IMG/VR virus record: IMGVR_UViG_3300048088_000314
Coordinates: 1 to 64,000 of that record
Reading direction: 5' to 3' (one strand)
Length of the DNA stretch: 64,000 nt
Source: a virus
Positions 27,223 to 34,800 of the stretch are shown one piece after another. Position numbers and translations under genes: made by a program. The notes beneath the pieces were generated by a model. The model ran no database searches. It worked only from the letters and a program-made list of their open reading frames with translations, and was not told the DNA's origin. The first letter of the stretch is position 1; the number at the start of each line of letters is the position of its first letter.

Positions 27223-28112
27223 TGCCCCTCCTCCCCGGTAAGGAAAATATCTCCCGAAACATCTCCGAGCTCACCCACCACGGGAGCCGCGAAAGGAGTC
27301 ACCGGCAAATCGTCGCCATCGCGCTCGCAAACGCCGATCGGCATCCGCACAAGGCCGGCGGAGGCGGGATCGGCTTCGCCGGCGGCGGGTTTGCGAAGCC
27401 GCCCGCCTTCCACCTGATGCCCCCGGTGCACGCCCTGGCGCCGGTGCCGAAGCCGGAATCGCCAAGCATGGGCACGCCGTCCTGGACGCGCTCGACGATG
27501 CGGATGGACAGCCCAGCCCACATGCGGTTCGCCCGGGGCGGGATCGGCGAGTACGTGGAGTTCGGTGGCCACGAGCACATGGCGGGCGGCGGCGATGATG
27601 GCGCGGTTGCCGGGCCGGTGATCCCAGATGAGGCGATGCACAGCGGGCTAATCGGCGGCGTCGGCGGCGGCCGTACCGATCGCACTCCGCTTTCAGTCCC
27701 CAGTGGTGCGCATGTTGTGCCGGCTGACGCGGTATCCGGACTTGGCCAGGGGGCAAGTCACAACGGAGCGGCGCTGTGGGCTGCGGCGATCCGTGGTGGC
27801 CCCTGGGGCGTTCCGGTTCCGGCGACACACGGCGGCCATGGCCCGCCCTCGGCGCCGCATGCAGCCGCCCAACAGACCCAGACGATGGCGGAGGGTGGCG
27901 AGGCGCGCACATCGATCCTTGCGGCAAGCGGCGAGGTCGTCGTGGCACCCGAGGATGTCGAAGCTATCGGAGAGAGGGCGATCCGCGATGGCAGAGCAAA
28001 ACGTGGCGAGAGTGCTGCGGATGTGGGCCATCGACTGATCGACGAAGCCATTGATCGCGTTCGAAAATTCAACATTTCGTGGCTTCGCGCCGCGCCGCCT
28101 CCAAAAAAATAG
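27219..28112 (+). CDS. putative internal virion protein with xxxGG motifs
   Basis: ISRNISEL..QIVAIAL N-terminus; GGRTD..HVVPADAVSGLGQG; FAGGG, FARGG, MAEGG. Confidence 0.7.
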   Translation: MMPLLPGKENISRNISELTHHGSRERSHRQIVAIALANADRHPHKAGGGGIGFAGGGFAKPPAFHLMPPVHALAPVPKPESPSMGTPSWTRSTMRMDSPAHMRFARGGIGEYVEFGGHEHMAGGGDDGAVAGPVIPDEAMHSGLIGGVGGGRTDRTPLSVPSGAHVVPADAVSGLGQGASHNGAALWAAAIRGGPWGVPVPATHGGHGPPSAPHAAAQQTQTMAEGGEARTSILAASGEVVVAPEDVEAIGERAIRDGRAKRGESAADVGHRLIDEAIDRVRKFNISWLRAAPPPKK

Positions 28113-28158
28113 AGACAATTCGCGCGACGATCGGGTACGGTCGCCGCCGTCACGGAAA

Positions 28159-28935
28159 GGCGGTCACGGTTCGGCTCGGTGGGGCGGGCTATGGCACGGT
28201 ATGCCTCGGTCCGGCCTGGCGGTCATGGCTGGGTTGTCAGGGGCCTGGCGAGCAGGGGCCGGGTGTGTTCTGGCGGTAGCGGCTAGGACCGGCATGGCCT
28301 GTCGAGGCGTGTCCTGTTGAGGCTTGGCGGTTGGGGCCTGGTCTGGTCTGGAACGATGAGCCGTGGCGAGGCTTGTTAGATCGGTCGTGGAACGGCGAGG
28401 TTGGCCGGCTCCGGATTGGTTAGTCGAGGCGGTAGCGGCAGGGCGCATTGCGGGAAGCCGAGGCTGGGCCGGTCAGGGTACGGCTGGGCGGGGCGTGTTA
28501 CGGCCCGGCGGTCGCGGAAAGCCGAGATTGGCAAGGCCGGGCAAGCCGGGGCGGTCATGGCAGGGACGGGGTCGGATCGGTTTGGCTGGGCAACGCGGTC
28601 ATGGCAAGGACCGGCCACGTCTGTCTTGGTCGGGCCAGGCATGGTGCGGCGGTCACGGTTAGCCCCGCATTGGCCAGTCCAGGCGGGGCAAGGCGGTCGT
28701 GGAGTGGCCAGGAGCGGCCAGCCCAGACTGGGTAAGGCCCGGCGAGGCGGTCTAGGTCCGGTTAGGCTTGGCTCGGTCGGGCGCGGCTCGGCGGGGCGGT
28801 CGGGGCGAGGCACGGCCCGGCGCGGTTAGGCTTGGCGGTTGCGGCTTGGGTTGGCGTGTTGAGGCGGGGCAACGCTCGGCATGTCGGTCGAGAAAAGGCG
28901 CGGCTAGGCGGGGCGTGGCACGGTATGCCGGTTGC
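28159..28935 (+). ncRNA. pentamer-periodic GG(Y)NN array 1 (about 16 units delimited by GGCGGT-N-NN); putative guide-RNA array
   Basis: Delimiters at 28159, 28218, 28272, 28326, 28380, 28428, 28468, 28507, 28550, 28594, 28648, 28692, 28746, 28795, 28834, 28883, each followed by 6-10 pentamers. Confidence 0.8.
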
Positions 28936-28938
28936 GTC

Positions 28939-28968
28939 TTGACGTGGTCGCCGCCGCCGCCGTAACCT
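28939..28968 (+). promoter_or_regulatory. sigma70-like promoter (TTGACG-18bp-TAACCT) for the RAMP-like gene
   Basis: Directly after array 1, upstream of 29093. Confidence 0.5.
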
Positions 28969-29092
28969 AATTTCGTTACTCGCGGCGGTCACCGCGTGGA
29001 CGCAACATCAGAGAGCTTCCCGCCTCGGTGTTGCTTTGCAACCCCTGAACCATGCGTCCCGGGCGTGACCGGCCGGGGCGGGGAGACCACTT

Positions 29093-29965
29093 GTGAAATC
29101 GAAGAAAACTGAAGCAGTAGAAGTCGAACTTCTTGAAATCCGGCAAGCGTCGGCTGTGTTCTGTATCGTCGGAGTTTCTCCGTTGATTTACAACGCGGTG
29201 AGCCAGAAGGCCCAGCGCGAATTGTTGATGCCATCGGGCCGAAAGAACGCCGCGGCGCGGGCAAGCTCCCTGAAGCACGACCCGATCACTGAATATCAAA
29301 ACTCGATCTACCGCGCCCACGAGGATGATGCGCCGACGCGGATGGTTTTCCCGGCAGTGGCCTTCAAGAAGGCGCTGGCTACTGCTGCCCTGGACATCCC
29401 AGGGGCGACGAAAGCGGCGGTGGGCCGGCTCTCCTGGGTCACCGGCGACAAGACGCCGATCTACGGTGTCCCGCAAATTCTCCTGAGTGTCGTGAGGTCG
29501 GCCGATATGAACCGGACGCCGGACATTCGAACGCGGGCGATCCTGCCGCGGTGGGCCTGCGCGATCCGGATCAATTTCGTCCAACCCCAGTTGTCGGAGC
29601 GCAATGTCGTGCATCTGCTCGCGGCGGCCGGGGTCCTGTGCGGGATCGGCGATTTTCGTCAGGAGAAGGGCGCGGGGTCTTACGGTCAGTTCCGCATTGC
29701 GGATGGGCCTGACGATCCCGAGTTCGTCGAGATCGTCCAGAGCGGCGGTCGCGAGGCGCAGGATGCGGCGCTCGCAAACCCCGAGACCTACGACAACGAG
29801 ACGGCGTCACTGTACGCCTGGGTCACCGAGGAGATCGCCAAGCGCCGCGAGGCTGGCGTGGAGGCGTCGCGCCACGCTCCGGAAGGCGAGGACGACGTCC
29901 CCCAGGTCGGGACGTTGCTGAAGCCGCGTCGCGGGCGCAAGGCCAACGGCGAGGCGCACGCCTAA
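29093..29965 (+). CDS. Cas7/RAMP-superfamily-like RNA-binding protein (stand-alone, phage-encoded)
   Basis: N-terminal strand IVGVSPLI, FPAVAFKKAL helix motif, C-terminal glycine-rich loop GIGDFRQEKGAGSYGQF. Confidence 0.75.
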   Translation: MKSKKTEAVEVELLEIRQASAVFCIVGVSPLIYNAVSQKAQRELLMPSGRKNAAARASSLKHDPITEYQNSIYRAHEDDAPTRMVFPAVAFKKALATAALDIPGATKAAVGRLSWVTGDKTPIYGVPQILLSVVRSADMNRTPDIRTRAILPRWACAIRINFVQPQLSERNVVHLLAAAGVLCGIGDFRQEKGAGSYGQFRIADGPDDPEFVEIVQSGGREAQDAALANPETYDNETASLYAWVTEEIAKRREAGVEASRHAPEGEDDVPQVGTLLKPRRGRKANGEAHA

Positions 29966-29975
29966 CGCAACAGGG

Positions 29976-30005
29976 AAGGGGCGCGGCTGCGGTCGCGCTC
30001 CCTTT
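29976..30005 (+). terminator. terminator/attenuator-like hairpin between RAMP gene and partner
   Basis: GGGGCGCGGC-TGCG-GTCGCGCTCC followed by CTTT. Confidence 0.5.
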
Positions 30006-30022
30006 CTGACAAGGAGGAACAG

Positions 30023-30496
30023 ATGTTCATCAGCGACGAAGTCAAAAATTCGGTTTTGGCCCTGGCCGATCGCAACGGTGGCATTGTCCAGCCCGAGCAA
30101 CTGGTCGAGGCAGCGGCCGATCCGAGCCATCCTGCGAATGGCTGCTTCGAATGGGACGATGCGAAAGCCGCTGCTCGCGACCGGCTCACGACCGCGCGCA
30201 TCATTATCCGGAGCATTCGGCTGGTGGTCGACGTGGTCGAATTGACGGGACCGAGGCGGGTGCCGGCGTTCGCGGTCAATCAGAGCGGCAGCGGATATGC
30301 CACGTTGGATTCCCTCCGCAGCGATCCCGATGCGGCGCGGGCGGCGGCCGTTTACGAGTTCCAGCGCGCGGCGGCGGCACTGCGTCGAGCTCGGCAGATC
30401 GGGGTGGAACTGGGTCTGGGGCCGGCAGTCGACGCCACGGTGGCGCGGCTGGTCGGCGATGTCGAATCAGCGACGCAGGTTTACGCTGCGCGCTGA
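30023..30496 (+). CDS. small alpha-helical partner of the RAMP-like protein
   Basis: AAGGAGG RBS; PEQLVEAA.DP.HP...FEWDD.KAA...R...AR.II motif. Confidence 0.75.
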   Translation: MFISDEVKNSVLALADRNGGIVQPEQLVEAAADPSHPANGCFEWDDAKAAARDRLTTARIIIRSIRLVVDVVELTGPRRVPAFAVNQSGSGYATLDSLRSDPDAARAAAVYEFQRAAAALRRARQIGVELGLGPAVDATVARLVGDVESATQVYAAR

Positions 30497-30502
30497 CGTC
30501 AA

Positions 30503-30974
30503 GGAATGGAACGGCGGTTCGGGCTAGGATCGTCTAGGACAGGTCTGGTCAGATTCGGCTTGGCGGTCGCGGATGGACAGGGTAAGGCCAGCCTTGGCTC
30601 GATGTGTCACGGTAGGGCGGGGTAAGGCGGTCGGGGCGAGGCACGGCCCGGCGCGGGTAGGCTTGGCCGGGCGGTCGGGGCGGGGTCTGGGCAGGTGTGG
30701 CTAGGCTTGGCGGTCGAGGCGGTGCGTGGAGTGGCTGGGCGCGTAAGGCAACCTCCGGCGGTCGAGGCTTGGATGCCGTGGCGTGGTGAGCTCGGGCGGT
30801 CGAGGAATGGCCGGGGGTGGCATGGCGTGGTGAGGTTGGGCGGTCCGGGCTAGGCGGTCAAGGCTAGGTGCGGCCCGGTGAGCATGGGCGTGGCCGGGCG
30901 GTCATGGCTGGGTGCGGCCGGGCAACACATGGTGGGGCGGGGCCGGACAAGGCATGGCGGTCGCGGATTGGCCG
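30503..30974 (+). ncRNA. pentamer-periodic GG(Y)NN array 2 (about 10 units); putative guide-RNA array
   Basis: Delimiters at 30513, 30562, 30626, 30670, 30709, 30757, 30795, 30839, 30853, 30897, 30956. Confidence 0.8.
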
Positions 30975-31020
30975 TCATGCTTTCTCCCACGTGGAGAGGG
31001 ACGGTAATGTTGTGACGGAG

Positions 31021-31590
31021 ATGCCAAAAACCGTGCGTCTGGCGGAGCCTCCGGACGAGGCGCAGTTGTTCTCCCTGCTGATCGACATGCACCGCTACAA
31101 CGGCGGCGGCTGGGGCATTCCCTACAATCTTGCGCTTGTGCGCGACCATGTCGAGGCGGGGACGCGCCGGATCATGCGAACGGACGCGCAGGGGATACAG
31201 CGGCCCGATACGCGATTCCGGAGCAATCCCAACAATGAGGCGGTCGCATCGATCGGGGTGATCGGTCCCCTGGGTGGCCATCTCGAAGCGTCGATCGGCC
31301 TCTTCGTCGAGCCTGTCGCTTGGTTCAGCGACGTGCCGGGCTTCTCCGAAAAATGGCTTTTCGTGCGTCCGGAGGCGCGCGATCGGCGTCATCTCGAGGA
31401 CGATCTCTTCCATTTTGCCCGGTGGGCCAGATCGTTCATGGACGCGGGCGCCCAGCCGTTTCCCTTTCGGTTGTTGACTGGGTTTGTTTACGATGGGGCT
31501 GATCCGCGGCGCCGTGCGGCGATGGACCGGCTGTGGACTCGGAAGAGCGGGGGGCGTCGGATTGGCTCTCTTTTTATGACCGACCGATGA
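31021..31590 (+). CDS. GNAT-fold acetyltransferase-like protein
   Basis: GGAG RBS; VRLAEPPD..WFSD..EKWLFVRPEAR; position before ejection genes. Confidence 0.6.
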   Translation: MPKTVRLAEPPDEAQLFSLLIDMHRYNGGGWGIPYNLALVRDHVEAGTRRIMRTDAQGIQRPDTRFRSNPNNEAVASIGVIGPLGGHLEASIGLFVEPVAWFSDVPGFSEKWLFVRPEARDRRHLEDDLFHFARWARSFMDAGAQPFPFRLLTGFVYDGADPRRRAAMDRLWTRKSGGRRIGSLFMTDR

Positions 31591-31787
31591 AGCTGGCAGA
31601 CGCGCTCTTTGAAGCATCGCGCGATCCTCAGAATCTCAGAGCGCGCAGGCCGACGTGGAACGACGAGAGCGCGTGCGTCCTCTACAAGGGACACCCGCTT
31701 CTGATGATCGGCGGTCGACCGTCGCCCAATTGCGAATTGCGGAACGATGATTGGGCTGCCGACGATTGGGAGATAGTCCCGGCCTAA
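31587..31787 (+). CDS. DUF2829/Tad2-like small protein
   Basis: MKLADAL...RARRPTWN...DWAADDWEIV. Confidence 0.55.
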   Translation: MKLADALFEASRDPQNLRARRPTWNDESACVLYKGHPLLMIGGRPSPNCELRNDDWAADDWEIVPA

Positions 31788-31867
31788 CGGGGCTCGGAAA
31801 GGCCGGCTGACAGGGAGGCCATCTCCAGGTATTCTACACGCGCGATCTGTTCAAAGGCGGGCGCGCG

Positions 31868-34800
31868 ATGAGCTCCCAAGGCGCAACAACCACGACGTCG
31901 AGCGCACCGCCTCCGCAGGTGATGCAGAACTACACCCAGTTGACGGGTGCTGCCACCGGGGTCGCGCAACAGCCGCTCAATCTTTACACGGCGCCCGTCG
32001 TTGCGGGCTTTACACCGCAGCAGCAGCAGGCGTTCCAGGATGTTCAGAACGCCTCGGGTATCCAGACGCCCTACATCAACGCTGCGGCGCAGGAGTACGC
32101 GACCGCGACGACGCCGCTGTGGCCGACGCTGCCGACCTTCGGGACCGGGTCGGTCAACACGTACCTGAACCCGTACACGACCGACGTCACCAACCAGCTT
32201 ACGAACCTCTACGACCAGCAGAATGCCCAGGCTGCGGCGCAGCTTGCCGGGCAGTCGACGACGGCGGGCGCTTACGGTGGCGACCGCGAGGCGGTGGCGC
32301 AGGGGATTCAAACCCAGCAAGAGCAGATGGCGCAGGCGCCGACGCTCGCGCAGGTCCAGCAGCAGGGCTACCAGCAGGCGGTCAATGAGTTCAACAACCA
32401 GCAGGCGACGCAGCTTGCCGCCGAGCAGGCCAATTCATGGCTGGCGTCGCAAGCGGGCTTTGGCCTGGCGGGGCTGGGCTCTCAGGCCCAGAGCGCCGCG
32501 CTGCAGGGTGCCAGTGCCGAGATGCAGGCAGGGGCGGCTCAGCAGGCTCTGGCCCAGCAGCAGTTGAATGTCCCCTACCAGCAGTACCAGCAAACCCAGG
32601 CCTACCCATACCAGCAGCTTTCGTTCCTGACGCCGATCGTCGAGGGGACGGGATCGCTATCGGGCGGCACGGGGAGCACGACGCAGCCGCCGCCGAGCAT
32701 GCTGGGGCAGGTAGCCGGCGCCGCGACCGCTGGGGCCGGCCTTATCAACGCCTTCCCCTCCTCGCCGTCCTATCCTCCGGTGGACTATGCCACCAATCCG
32801 ACTGGCGGATTTGCCCGCGGTGGCCGCCTCGGCTTTGCCGATGGCGGCGGGATCGGTAGTGGCGGGCTCAATCTTCCGGGCAGCCCTAGCGGGGGGATCG
32901 GCACCCTCAACTTCCCGGACCTCAGCATCTCGTTCATCCCCCCTCCCCCGACGTCAGCGGGCGGCAAGTCGATGTTCAACCCAACGCAGCCCGATGTCAC
33001 GACCACCACGAGCGGCGGCGGGGGCGGGATTCTCGGTGCCGTTGGGCCGCTGCTCACCATCGCGAAATTCGTCGTTCCCCTCATCGGTGCGAAGGACGGG
33101 GGAGCTATGCGCGAGCATCGTGCGGCCGGCGGAACGGGTGGGATTGGCGACTATACGTCCCTGGCGACGCCAGCGCTCCCCGTGCCGACGCTTGAGCTTC
33201 CCTGGCTGAAGATGATGCAGCATCAGCAAGGTTCCCACATGGGGGCGGGCCCACCGAAGGCTCCCACGCCGGGAGCGGCACCCGACCCGATGAAGGGGGT
33301 CCAGGATCTCGGCGGCGCGGTCGGCAGTCTCGGAAAGCTGTTCAATAGCGACAGCACCGGCGGAGATTATGGTGGCGGGGGCGACAGCACTACCACGGGG
33401 AAGTCAGGCGGTGGCGCGATCGGTCGGGCCCATTACCAGACAGGGGGGCCGGGGCCGACCAGCGTTCCGACCTCGGTGATGGCGCAGTTCGGCGGAGCGC
33501 CGCCGAACGTCCAGAGCCAGTTGCAGCAGCTTCTCCAGTTGCCTCTGGCGCAGTTGCAGGAAATGGCGGTGCAGTATCCGCCGACGACCTCTCAGGGCCA
33601 GATGATCGCCCAGGCTATCGCGCAGAAGCAGGCGACGCCGGGATCCGGGACGGCGCCCCAGACACCCGCGCCGCAGCAGCCGTTTGTTGGCCTTGGTGGT
33701 TCGGGTGGATCGACTGGGGGCACGGCATCTCTGGCGACCTCGCCGGAGAGCTATGGCGGGACTTCGCATTTGGCCAGCGGTGGGCAAGCCGAAGCGGCCG
33801 ACACCCGCGGTTACGTGACGCCCGAGGAGCTCGATCCGCGGCCGGTGGTCGATCACTCCGGAAGCACGGTCAAGGTCAATTACCCCTCGGAAGGGAAGTC
33901 GCTCGATTTGGGATTGCCACCGATCAGGCCAGAGCGCCGCGCTGCGGGGGGATCCGCCGGCGCGGCCATGCCGGTGGTGCCGCATGTCAGCCTTTCTGGT
34001 GGCGAATGGGCTCCCGTGCCGACGTCTGATGCGTCGGCGCCAGCACATTTGCCGATCACTGGGCCAGCGAACAATGCACCGCTCGGGGGGACGCAACAAG
34101 CAGGGGAGAACAACACGTCTCCGGCCGCGTTTTTTACGAGCAGCATGCCGACCGCTAACGGTGTTGCCATCCCGCAATTGTCGAATCAGATGTTCGGGCC
34201 GGTCCAGGGTGTTACGCCGGGATCAGGCCTGCCGGGCTGGTACGCGCCGCTACCGCAGCAGACCGTGTTTGGCACGGGCCCTGGCGGCTCGACCATCTTC
34301 CCGACGTCAACCGCCTTCACCCCGGCCATGGCGCCGATCACGTCAGTCTATGGTGGTTCCGTCCCGACCTGGGCAGGTGGTTCGAGCGCTCCTGCGCCGG
34401 CGACTGGCGGGACGATGACCCAGGATCAGATCGACCAGATGAATGCCGCCACCACTGCGGCGAACTACGCGCAGGCGGCATCCGGCTACAAGCGCGGCGG
34501 TCGTTTTGGGGAGGGCGGCGGCATCGGCGGCTCACGCCCTTTCCGCGGACATTTCGATGAGGGCGGCGATCTAAATCCTGGCGATGAACTGCCAATCCCG
34601 AGCGCGCCCGTCGACGCCGGCTATGTAGATGCCGGGGTTGCCGGCTCGGGTGCCGGGCCTGGCACTCTGGATCTTCTGCAAGAGCGCGAGGCGGAGGATC
34701 GGGTGAGGGCGGACCGTGCCCTGGCGAAGATTACCGCGTCGGCAGAAGGTAAGGGCGGCATCGGCAAGAGTGTTACGGGGCATCCGATGCTGATGCGAGA

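Noticed and set aside
28051-28992. Multiple overlapping Arg/Gly/Pro-rich ORFs over array 1
   Set aside because: By-products of a stop-poor 5-nt-periodic repeat; no RBS and no protein-like composition.
28159-30974. Canonical CRISPR array
   Set aside because: No 23-47 bp identical repeats with unique spacers and no cas1/cas2; conservation is interleaved every 5 nt instead.
30868-31020. N-terminal extension of ORF 30868-31590
   Set aside because: Mostly lies within array 2; the RBS-supported start is ATG 31021.
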